From positions 124,001-188,000 of the IMG/VR virus record IMGVR_UViG_3300009184_000029: a DNA stretch of 64,000 nucleotides. The stretch is one strand, 5' to 3'. Of this stretch, positions 9,496 through 18,075 are shown piece by piece. Both the position numbers and the translations under genes were made by a program. Every line of letters begins with the position of its first letter. The first letter of the stretch is position 1. Below the pieces are notes generated by a model. That model had not been told where the DNA came from. It made no database searches and was given only the letters and a program-made list of their open reading frames with translations.

Positions 9496-12276
9496 ATGAT
9501 ATCTAACGAAGAAATTGAAAATTTCCTACAAGGAAATGACGATGAAAAATACATCATCGGAGTAGAATACGATTATGTCAAAGATTGTGTTTGGAAAATA
9601 ATAGAACACCCACTTCATGGAAAACAAATTAAGAAAGATACTTTTATCCCATTTGCATGGGTTGGTGACTTACGTGGGTTAAACTTCTATCAATCATCAA
9701 AAGCATTACAGAAAGAAGCGATGACAAAACATAAGATTGTCATTGAAAAATTACGTACAGACGGAAATGAAAGATTGGAGAAAGGTTTGACATTTATGGT
9801 TAAATCCCTAAATGGTTATCGTTCTTTAATACAATTCTTTAGAGATGGTGGTGTTGACCCATGGGGTGAAAGAACTAAAGGATTAATCCTTATCCTACCT
9901 CCTGTTGAACAATTTTTGGTTACAAAAGAAAAACGACTATTTAAAGGATTTGATGATTACAATAGTATCACAAGGTTTGTATTTGACTTGGAGACGACCG
10001 CATTAGAACCAAAGGATGGTCGTATCTTTATGATAGGGATAAAAACCAATAAAGGTTTTAGTCAGGTAATTGAGTGTTCAACTGAAGAACAAGAAAGAGA
10101 CGGTATTATCAAATTTTTTAATACTATAGATGAACTTAAACCAAGTATCATTGCATCTTACAACGGATTTAACTTTGACTGGTTTTGGATATTTGAAAGG
10201 GCAAAATCATTAGGATTAGACATTAAGAAAGTGGCTAAAACTCTTAATCCAATTAACCCAATCAAACAATCTGAAAGTATGTTAAAACTTGCAAACGAGG
10301 TTGAGAGATTTAATCAGACATCTATGTGGGGGTATAATGTTGTGGACACATTACACGCAGTTAGAAGAGCCCAAGCAATTAATTCGTCTATCAAGTCTGC
10401 GGGTTTGAAGTATATTACCCAATATATTAAGGCAGAAGCCGCTGACCGTGTTTATATTGACCACACAGATATTGGTCCGTTTTATGCGAAAAAAGAAGAG
10501 TATTGGTTAAATATCCAAAACGGAAAATATAAGAAAGTGGGAGTTGACCCCACAATTGACGAAGCGTGTTCTAAACATTCAAATGTTTATATTAAAACAA
10601 CGGGTGATAATTTGGTTGAACGATATCTTGACGATGACTTGGAGGAAACTCTAACAGTTGATGAAGAATTCAATCAGGGGTCATTTCTACTTGCATCTTT
10701 GGTCCCAACAACATATGAAAGGGTTTCTACTATGGGAACTGCAACATTATGGGAAATCCAAATGAGAGCTTGGTCATACAAACATATGTTAGCAATTCCT
10801 AAAAAGAATGAAAAGACAGAATTTGTGGGAGGGTTATCCCGACTACTTAAAGTAGGATATTCAACAGACGTATTGAAACTTGACTTCTCGTCACTTTATC
10901 CTTCAATACAACTTGTTCATGATGTATTCCCAACTTGTGATATTACAGGAGCGATGAAGGGAATGTTAAATTACTTCCGTAATACACGTATCAAGTATAA
11001 AAACTTGGCAAAGGAATATGCAGATATTGATAAGAAACAATCAACATCTTACGATAGAAAACAATTACCGATTAAAATTTTCATCAACTCGATGTTCGGG
11101 GCACTATCAGCTCCACAGGTATATCACTGGGGTGATATGTATATGGGTGAACAGATTACTTGTACAGGTCGACAATATTTACGTCAGATGTTAAGATTTT
11201 TTATGAAACGAGGTTATACAGCATTAGTATGTGATACGGATGGTATGAACTTCTCATTACCTGAAGGTGGCGTGGATGATAGAACTTATATCGGTAAGGG
11301 TAAAAATTGGTTAGTTAAGGAAGGTAAGGAATACAAAGGATTTGATGCGGATGTTGCCGAGTTTAATGATATGTTTATGAAAGGTGCAATGGGTCTTGAT
11401 TGTGATGGGACTTGGAAGTCCTGTATGAATATTGCTCGTAAGAACTACGCAACAATGGAACATAATGGTAAGATTAAACTAACAGGTAATTCTATTAAGA
11501 GTAAAAAACTACCCCTGTATATTGAAGACTTCTTGGATAAAGGGATTAAGATGCTACTCGAAGGTAATGGACAAGATTTTGTTGAATGGTATTACGAATA
11601 CTTGGAAGTAATCTTTAACCAACAGATTCCGTTAATGAAAATTGCCCAAAGAGCAAAGGTTAAATTATCAATTGACGATTATAACAAACGTTCAAAAGAA
11701 AAAACCAAAGCGGGTAATGAAATGTCTCGTATGGCACATATGGAATTAGCAATTAGAGATGGAATTGCAGTTAGTTTAGGGGATGTAATATTCTATGTAA
11801 ATAATGGTCTTAAAGCATCACACGGGGATGTTCAGAAAGTTAACGATAAAATGAGTAAGAAAGATAAGGACGCTTACATTGCTCTACACGGAAAACCTCC
11901 TGTTTTAGGTTCAACTATCCAACTTAATTGTTACCGTCTTAACCCATCTGAATTAGAATCAAATCCTAATATGACAGGTGAATATAACATAGCCAGAGCT
12001 ATTGTGACTTTTAATAAAAGAATTGAACCGTTGTTAATTGTATTTGGTGAAGAAGTTAGAAATAATCTAATTGTTAGTGACCCTAAAGACAGAGGTTTGT
12101 TTACCAAACAACAATGTAAATTAATCAATGGTATACCGTTTGAAAATGGTGACCAAGATAGTATTGAGGATTTGTTAACTATTACAGAACAAGAAAAAGT
12201 ATATTGGGGTAAACGAGGAATCGACCCTGAATACATTTACGAATTAGCTGAAGAAGGATGGGAGGATATGGTATAA
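9496..12276 (+). CDS. Family B DNA polymerase with 3'-5' exonuclease
   Basis: ExoI FDLETT, ExoII YNGFNFD, ExoIII YLDDD, motif A DFSSLYPS, motif B KIFINSMFG, motif C CDTDG, KNYA; ATG 9496 preferred to TTG 9442. Confidence 0.95.
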   Translation: MISNEEIENFLQGNDDEKYIIGVEYDYVKDCVWKIIEHPLHGKQIKKDTFIPFAWVGDLRGLNFYQSSKALQKEAMTKHKIVIEKLRTDGNERLEKGLTFMVKSLNGYRSLIQFFRDGGVDPWGERTKGLILILPPVEQFLVTKEKRLFKGFDDYNSITRFVFDLETTALEPKDGRIFMIGIKTNKGFSQVIECSTEEQERDGIIKFFNTIDELKPSIIASYNGFNFDWFWIFERAKSLGLDIKKVAKTLNPINPIKQSESMLKLANEVERFNQTSMWGYNVVDTLHAVRRAQAINSSIKSAGLKYITQYIKAEAADRVYIDHTDIGPFYAKKEEYWLNIQNGKYKKVGVDPTIDEACSKHSNVYIKTTGDNLVERYLDDDLEETLTVDEEFNQGSFLLASLVPTTYERVSTMGTATLWEIQMRAWSYKHMLAIPKKNEKTEFVGGLSRLLKVGYSTDVLKLDFSSLYPSIQLVHDVFPTCDITGAMKGMLNYFRNTRIKYKNLAKEYADIDKKQSTSYDRKQLPIKIFINSMFGALSAPQVYHWGDMYMGEQITCTGRQYLRQMLRFFMKRGYTALVCDTDGMNFSLPEGGVDDRTYIGKGKNWLVKEGKEYKGFDADVAEFNDMFMKGAMGLDCDGTWKSCMNIARKNYATMEHNGKIKLTGNSIKSKKLPLYIEDFLDKGIKMLLEGNGQDFVEWYYEYLEVIFNQQIPLMKIAQRAKVKLSIDDYNKRSKEKTKAGNEMSRMAHMELAIRDGIAVSLGDVIFYVNNGLKASHGDVQKVNDKMSKKDKDAYIALHGKPPVLGSTIQLNCYRLNPSELESNPNMTGEYNIARAIVTFNKRIEPLLIVFGEEVRNNLIVSDPKDRGLFTKQQCKLINGIPFENGDQDSIEDLLTITEQEKVYWGKRGIDPEYIYELAEEGWEDMV

Positions 12277-12278
12277 AT

Positions 12279-12593
12279 CTATGACAGTTTTAATCCGTCA
12301 GAAGATAATATATACCAATTCGTGAACGCGAATAAAAATTCAACACATGCACCTTTACCTAAATTTAATTCATTGAACTCTTCGTCGATTAATCCTTCTT
12401 TTGTCACTATTTTAGTTTCACCTAAAGATTTAATTACGACATGATTGTTTTTTGAACTATCTAAAATAATTTTTGTTGAGTTTTTAGTTATGACAACAGA
12501 TTCACCATTAATTGTGTATTCTTCAGAATCAGTGATTACCACATCTGAACTTTTTATTGTTTTTTCAATTATTGGTGAATAAAGATTGGCCAT
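12279..12593 (-). CDS. Small beta-rich hypothetical protein
   Basis: 104-aa ORF coupled to the neck gene; converges on polymerase stop. Confidence 0.6.
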   Translation of the reverse strand: MANLYSPIIEKTIKSSDVVITDSEEYTINGESVVITKNSTKIILDSSKNNHVVIKSLGETKIVTKEGLIDEEFNELNLGKGACVEFLFAFTNWYILSSDGLKLS

Positions 12594-12595
12594 AA

Positions 12596-13717
12596 TTATA
12601 TAACGTAAATATTTCTTTGGAAAGCTCTTGTTTTCATTTGTTTTTGAAGATTTTCAGCCATTAGAGCCTCTCTTTCCAATATTTTTTCAGGTCTTAATCT
12701 TGTCAGCTTACCTTCAGCCCCTGTTAGTTCTTCAACTAATTTTAACTTTTCATCTTTACCTTCAGTACTTAAAGTTTGCCATTCTAATGTTAATTCAGAA
12801 TCAGGAGTTTTCAAACTACCACTGTACTTACCTCTAACTTTAGATAATGTTTCTTTAACTGACGCAATAAAATATTTTCTAACCCAGTTTTGAGCGGGTG
12901 AATTTAAGTCTACCCAAGAAAGTGTTTCTAAAGGTACATCAGATGGTAATTTTATAATATCGGGGTTCGCTTTTAAACAACTCGCTCTATCTTTTCCTTC
13001 GGTATCATAATACCAATACCAAACTTTACCATTCATTAAATCTGCATTTCCAAAATCAAATTTACCTCCAGGTGTTTGCATAAGATGAATTGCCTTTTTA
13101 CCATCAGGTAATGCAGTAATCCTGTAAGTTTTATCTCCGGCAATTATCCTTCTTTGTATGTTAATTTCTTGCATTCTTAACATCATATCAAATGCTGGCA
13201 TCATGAAGTATGAACCTGAATATCCCATTTGAGAATATCCCGCAGGACCACCAAAACCTCCGCCCCCTAATCCCCCAAAACTCCAAGGGTCGAATAAAAT
13301 GTTATTTTGAGATGGAGGTGTAAACCACAATAATTCATTAACTTCTCTATTTGCTGGAATCTCATAAATTTGTCTGTGCCTTTCAAGTTGGATATAGTCT
13401 TTTTTTAAAACCCAATCTCCTCCAGCTTGTAGACCGACTATTTTAGAATATGCATGAGTATATCTGTCCTCATAATCAAAACTTCTAGTTACAAATGCTC
13501 TTGCCAATGAACTAGTATCCATGTTAAGATTATATAAAGATGTCCATTGAGAATCGATTAACCAATCGTGAACAAACTGAGAATAGTCACTAATTGAAAA
13601 CTCCAATAGAGTATCCATCTGTTCGTCTTCAATTTCTATCGAACGAAGAGGTGCTCCTAAAATGTGTCTTACTTTAGTGTATAGTTGACTTCTATATGGT
13701 TCTTCAATTATTGTCAT
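12596..13717 (-). CDS. Neck protein (T4 gp13-like head-tail adaptor)
   Basis: N-terminal LGAPLRSIEIEDEQ resembles gp13 LGAPxxxxE; C-terminal WVRKYFIASVKETLSKVRGKY helix; close to gp14/gp15-like genes. Confidence 0.7.
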   Translation of the reverse strand: MTIIEEPYRSQLYTKVRHILGAPLRSIEIEDEQMDTLLEFSISDYSQFVHDWLIDSQWTSLYNLNMDTSSLARAFVTRSFDYEDRYTHAYSKIVGLQAGGDWVLKKDYIQLERHRQIYEIPANREVNELLWFTPPSQNNILFDPWSFGGLGGGGFGGPAGYSQMGYSGSYFMMPAFDMMLRMQEINIQRRIIAGDKTYRITALPDGKKAIHLMQTPGGKFDFGNADLMNGKVWYWYYDTEGKDRASCLKANPDIIKLPSDVPLETLSWVDLNSPAQNWVRKYFIASVKETLSKVRGKYSGSLKTPDSELTLEWQTLSTEGKDEKLKLVEELTGAEGKLTRLRPEKILEREALMAENLQKQMKTRAFQRNIYVI

Positions 13718-13722
13718 ATTAT

Positions 13723-13729
13723 ATAAATA
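13723..13729 (-). promoter_or_regulatory. TATTTAT putative late promoter
   Basis: ATAAATA on + strand, 5 nt before ATG 13717. Confidence 0.55.
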
Positions 13730-14440
13730 TTACTCAGTTTTTTTAGTGTACGTTGTGTACAGTTCATCAACAAATTTCCAATTAATTGCGTCCCAAAAGT
13801 TTTCAATATAACTGTCTTTTTTGTTTTGATATTTTAAATAAAATGCGTGTTCCCACAAGTCTAATCCAAGTATAGGGTATCCACCTTTATCGTATATATT
13901 CATTAATGGGTTTTCTTGGTTTTGGGTTGACATAACTTTCAGTCTACCACTTTTAGTAACCACTAACCAAACCCAACCTGAACCAAATCTATTTTTAGCG
14001 ACTTTTTCAAATCTTTTTTTAAATTCTGCGTAAGTACCAAAATATTTTTTAATTTCTTTGAGAACTATTCCGTATGGTTTTTGTGGTGTTGGAGATAACA
14101 TCTTCCAAAATAGAGCGTGGTTAAATGCTCCACCCGCATTATTTTTTATAGTTGTATTATATTTTGATATTTGTTTGACAATCTCAATTAGTTCAACATC
14201 TCCATAATCTTTTTTTCTTAACGCTGAATTTAATTTTTTAACATACCCCTTATAATGTTTTTGATAATGAAACTTCATAGTTTCAGGGTCAATAAATCTT
14301 CTTATAGATGAATAAGAATATGGTAATTTATCAATACCAATAGTTCTCATTTCATTAATGAAAAATTTAGGACCAAATTCAGGATTACCTAAGTTGATTT
14401 TTTTCTCTAAAGATTCAGTTATTATGTTGAGATATTTCAT
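13730..14440 (-). CDS. sodA: Fe/Mn superoxide dismutase (Mn-type signatures) with N-terminal extension
   Basis: LPYSY, HYQKHYKGY, NNAGGAFNHALFW, FGSGWVWL, TQNQENP, DLWEHAFYLKY; GG and NQ are Mn-type signatures; ATG 14440 preferred. Confidence 0.9.
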   Translation of the reverse strand: MKYLNIITESLEKKINLGNPEFGPKFFINEMRTIGIDKLPYSYSSIRRFIDPETMKFHYQKHYKGYVKKLNSALRKKDYGDVELIEIVKQISKYNTTIKNNAGGAFNHALFWKMLSPTPQKPYGIVLKEIKKYFGTYAEFKKRFEKVAKNRFGSGWVWLVVTKSGRLKVMSTQNQENPLMNIYDKGGYPILGLDLWEHAFYLKYQNKKDSYIENFWDAINWKFVDELYTTYTKKTE

Positions 14441-14445
14441 CAACA

Positions 14446-14452
14446 ATAAATA
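14446..14452 (-). promoter_or_regulatory. TATTTAT putative late promoter
   Basis: ATAAATA on + strand, 5 nt before SOD ATG 14440. Confidence 0.55.
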
Positions 14453-14453
14453 C

Positions 14454-16196
14454 TTACTTATTGTTAATTTCGTTTAATATCTGTTCGACAATATCCCCTG
14501 TATTTTCAGAATCTCCCATTACAGTTTCAATTATTTGTTTTTTCTTTGTTAAGATATCGTAAATAACACCTTCAATTGTGTTATCAAACAATGGGTAGAA
14601 TATTGATACATTATTTTTTTGACCGTATCTATAGGCCCTATCTTCGGCCTGTGAATGGTCTGAGGGTACAAAAGATAAGTCATTCATAATAACGGCTTCT
14701 GCCTCAGTCAAAGTTAATCCAACACCCGCAGCTTTAATATTACCACAGAAAACTCTGATTTTATCGTTTGTTTGGAATTTGTCTACAGCGTCTTGTCTTG
14801 CGGGTTTAGAAGTTGAACCATCTAAATAAACAGAAGATTTACCAAAATGTTCATGAATCTTTTTAATCGGTTCTGTAAAATTACTAAAAATAATTACTTT
14901 TTTACCTTGTTCAATAATGTTTTCAGCAATTTCAATAGTGTGTTCTATTTTTTCTTCAGCAATTACTTGTCTGACTTTAGTTAGTTTTGAAAATTGAATT
15001 GTTAAAGATTTTGATTCTTCAATTCTATTATTGTACCAATCATAGTATTCTCCCATTAATCCCTCATATAATCGAGACTTCAATCTCAAATAAACAGGTG
15101 TTATTATTTTATCAGGTAAATCTAATACTTCAGTTTTTAATCTCCTTAAAATTTGTCTAGAAGTTCTATCCCTTAATTCTTCTAAATTTGATGCTCCTGT
15201 TACATTCCAAACTTTTTTACTACCGACTCTGAATTGATAACCATTACAGTACCTAATCGCATACGCCATCCAATTTTGACTAACAGGACTATCAATTAAT
15301 TTTAACAAATTATAATAGTTCATAGGTCTAGAGGTCATTGGGGTTCCTGTTAATAACCATAACTTTTTAACCTGTTTACAGATATCCATTATAATTTTAG
15401 TCCTTTGTGCTTGTGGATTTGAAACATAATGTGCTTCATCAATGATTATTAAATCAAACTTAGATTTAACCAACAATGAATTTTCATTATCCTTAGGGTC
15501 ATGGAAATTTTTTAAAATATCATAGTTTGATATTATATAATCTGAATCTTCAAATTTTTTACCCTCACATATGTATATTGACCTATCAGTATAATTTCTA
15601 ATTTCTCTTTCCCAATTTAATTTTAAAGATGCGGGACATATAATAAGAATTTTTTTAGCACCACTTTCTAAAGAAGCAATTATGGTTGAGGTAGTTTTAC
15701 CTAAACCCATATCGTCGGCTAAAATAAATTTATCATTTTTTAATAATCTTTCTATCGCCTCTTTTTGATGAGACAATGGGGGTCTGTTATCGTATTTTGA
15801 ATAATCTACGTTAACTTCATTTTCTTTATGTTCCTTAATTATTGCGGCTTTCGGTATCCAAAAATCGTGGATAGTGTCACCACTAAAAATTTTACCCCAT
15901 ATATGATATGCTTTATCCTTCTCAACTAATAATTTCTCAATGTAGATTTTGTCAGGTTCTTTAATAAACGGATTGTCTTCAACAAGTTTTGTGGAAAAAT
16001 AAGAATCGATTGGGACCCATTTTTTTGCAACTTTTGGAGTTACCTCATGATAATTTATAACATAATCACATTGAGCTCTTGTAGGTATGTTTTTTTTAGA
16101 CACCTCAATTTGCTTCTTAATTTTAAGAATGTAATTATTGGAACCATTATAAGATTCTAAAATTTCGATTGCTTGTTGTTCAATACTTATTGCCAT
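14454..16196 (-). CDS. SNF2/SWI2-family helicase-like ATPase (SMARCAL1/HARP-like)
   Basis: ILADDMGLGKT, ICPASLKLNW, DEAH, LLTGTP, AAGVGLTL, QAEDRAYRYGQ. Confidence 0.92.
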   Translation of the reverse strand: MAISIEQQAIEILESYNGSNNYILKIKKQIEVSKKNIPTRAQCDYVINYHEVTPKVAKKWVPIDSYFSTKLVEDNPFIKEPDKIYIEKLLVEKDKAYHIWGKIFSGDTIHDFWIPKAAIIKEHKENEVNVDYSKYDNRPPLSHQKEAIERLLKNDKFILADDMGLGKTTSTIIASLESGAKKILIICPASLKLNWEREIRNYTDRSIYICEGKKFEDSDYIISNYDILKNFHDPKDNENSLLVKSKFDLIIIDEAHYVSNPQAQRTKIIMDICKQVKKLWLLTGTPMTSRPMNYYNLLKLIDSPVSQNWMAYAIRYCNGYQFRVGSKKVWNVTGASNLEELRDRTSRQILRRLKTEVLDLPDKIITPVYLRLKSRLYEGLMGEYYDWYNNRIEESKSLTIQFSKLTKVRQVIAEEKIEHTIEIAENIIEQGKKVIIFSNFTEPIKKIHEHFGKSSVYLDGSTSKPARQDAVDKFQTNDKIRVFCGNIKAAGVGLTLTEAEAVIMNDLSFVPSDHSQAEDRAYRYGQKNNVSIFYPLFDNTIEGVIYDILTKKKQIIETVMGDSENTGDIVEQILNEINNK

Positions 16197-16219
16197 ACAT
16201 CAATAAATGATATCAATTA

Positions 16220-16248
16220 ATAATAAATGAAAATTGGATATTTATCAA
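16220..16248 (-). promoter_or_regulatory. Putative sigma70-like promoter of SNF2 gene
   Basis: Minus strand TTGATA(16248-16243)-N17-TATTAT(16225-16220). Confidence 0.4.
16239..16245 (+). promoter_or_regulatory. TATTTAT putative late promoter
   Basis: 4 nt before ATG 16250. Confidence 0.55.
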
Positions 16249-16249
16249 T

Positions 16250-16765
16250 ATGTCAAATAGAAATGTACCAATTACAAGATTAGGAAAATTTTTTAGTGAG
16301 AAAGATTATGATTTAGAAGTCCGAATGGGAGAAGAATGGCTTTTAGGTGATATGAATTTTACATTAGTTTTATACGCAATTGATAGACAAAAAACTAAAA
16401 CTGACGATGTTTACGGTGAAACTCTAAGTGATGGAATTAAATTTAAACCTCCTGTAGAATTTAAAGGACTTGTACAAGTTAATGCACCTGAAAATAAATT
16501 TTTAGGTAATTCAAAAATAAATCAGGTTGAACCAGGAAATGTTAGAATTTCGATTTATTTAAAACATTTGGAAGATTTGGAAATTGATATAAATTTTGGA
16601 GATTACATTGGTTATTATGAAACTGAAAATAAAGTTAGATACTATGTAGTTAATAATGACGGTAGAGTTACTTCAGACAATAAACACACATATGCAGGTT
16701 ATAAACCTTATTACAGAACAATATTGGCGTCACCTGTAACTGAAAATGAATTTAGAGGATTATAA
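16250..16765 (+). CDS. Neck/head-closure protein (T4 gp14-like)
   Basis: DDVYGE motif, size and position between gp13-like and gp15-like genes. Confidence 0.55.
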   Translation: MSNRNVPITRLGKFFSEKDYDLEVRMGEEWLLGDMNFTLVLYAIDRQKTKTDDVYGETLSDGIKFKPPVEFKGLVQVNAPENKFLGNSKINQVEPGNVRISIYLKHLEDLEIDINFGDYIGYYETENKVRYYVVNNDGRVTSDNKHTYAGYKPYYRTILASPVTENEFRGL

Positions 16766-17805
16766 TGTCGTTACCAAAAAAAGTAGTACCTAATTTGTCA
16801 TTGGTTAATCCTAAGACTGGATTATCAAGAAGAGAAGAACTTTTGGAAAGAATCCAAGAGGGGGGTACCTTTTTACCAAAGTCAATTTTACACGAAGATT
16901 TAGATAAAGGTTTTTTAGATTTTGTTAAAAATGATTTAAAATTAGTTGTAAGTGGAAAATTAGTACCTACTGTTGATATAATCATAACAACTCAAAATTG
17001 GGCTCAATTTACACAAACTTGGAATTTTCAAAATATTGATAAGAATGCGGAACCACCATTCATAACCGTAGTTAGAAGTCCTGAGGGTAAGTATGGTAGT
17101 ACACCATCATTACAATATAGAATACCTAATTCAAGACAATTTTTTTACGCTGCGGTACCAACATGGAATGGGGATAGAAAAGGGTTAGATGTATATACCA
17201 TACCACAACCAATTCCTATTGATTTAACTTTTAGTATTAAAATAATTTGCAACAGAATGAGAGAGTTAAACTCATTTAATAAAATTATTTTAGGCAAATT
17301 TTCATCAAGACAATCTTACACAAATGTTAAAGGACATTATATACCAATAATATTAAACAGTATTAGTGACGAATCTGTAAATGATTTGGAAAAGAGAAGA
17401 TATTATTCCCAAAGTTACGATTTTACAATGATGGGATTTTTAATTGATGAGGATGAATTTGAGGTTAAACCTGCGGTTAGTAGAGCATTACAATTGATTG
17501 AAGTTGATAATTCAAAAAAATTAAAAAGACCTAAAAAGTTCCCAAAAAATCCTGATACCTTTGATTTTAATTTTAATTTTAGTTCTTCTGATGATTCTCA
17601 AACACAGACAATAGAATATACATCTACTTTAAAAAATATATCCACAAATAATGTTACCACGTATTCAGTTTATATTAATAGTATTTTCTTTGGTGATAAT
17701 GTTAGTGAAATATGGATAAATCAAGGAGACACTTTAACTATTGAAATTACTAAAACAGTTTTGGGACAAGAGTCTTCTGTTAATTTTTCAGGAACGTTAA
17801 ATTAA
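16765..17805 (+). CDS. Tail terminator/sheath stabiliser (T4 gp15-like)
   Basis: PFITVVR...PIPIDLTFSIKI...MRELNSF pattern; precedes sheath. Confidence 0.55.
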   Translation: MSLPKKVVPNLSLVNPKTGLSRREELLERIQEGGTFLPKSILHEDLDKGFLDFVKNDLKLVVSGKLVPTVDIIITTQNWAQFTQTWNFQNIDKNAEPPFITVVRSPEGKYGSTPSLQYRIPNSRQFFYAAVPTWNGDRKGLDVYTIPQPIPIDLTFSIKIICNRMRELNSFNKIILGKFSSRQSYTNVKGHYIPIILNSISDESVNDLEKRRYYSQSYDFTMMGFLIDEDEFEVKPAVSRALQLIEVDNSKKLKRPKKFPKNPDTFDFNFNFSSSDDSQTQTIEYTSTLKNISTNNVTTYSVYINSIFFGDNVSEIWINQGDTLTIEITKTVLGQESSVNFSGTLN

Positions 17806-17951
17806 CCCTCTCCATATATGTCCGAATCAAGGACACAATTTTTTCTAATTAATTTCTCAACAAACTTATTAATCTTCAAACCTTTTTTTTCACAGTATTT
17901 TTTCAACACTTTATGGGTGTCTTCTGAGATTTTTAAGTTCTTAATGTTCAT
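17802..17951 (-). CDS. Ribbon-helix-helix DNA-binding protein (49 aa, missing from ORF track)
   Basis: Read manually: MNIKNLKISEDTHKVLKKYCEKKGLKINKFVEKLIRKNCVLDSDIYGEG*; strand-helix-G-helix pattern of CopG/Arc-type RHH. Confidence 0.7.
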   Translation of the reverse strand: MNIKNLKISEDTHKVLKKYCEKKGLKINKFVEKLIRKNCVLDSDIYGEG

Positions 17952-17988
17952 ACAATATAAGTATGAATAAAAGATATTTTTTTCATAC
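17947..17988. promoter_or_regulatory. Triple 7-bp repeat operator candidate
   Basis: TTCATAC(17947-53)-N7-GTATGAA(17961-67)-N14-TTCATAC(17982-88), overlapping the RHH start codon and a TACTTAT promoter variant. Confidence 0.55.
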
Positions 17989-18038
17989 CATATTATTTTA
18001 ATTACACTGAAAGTAAAGGTTTTTGTATTTTTTCAAAG

Positions 18039-18045
18039 TATTTAT
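18039..18045 (+). promoter_or_regulatory. TATTTAT putative late promoter (sheath)
   Basis: 30 nt before ATG 18076, followed by A-rich leader. Confidence 0.55.
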
Positions 18046-18075
18046 GCAATAAATAAAAAGAAATAAAACAATAAA

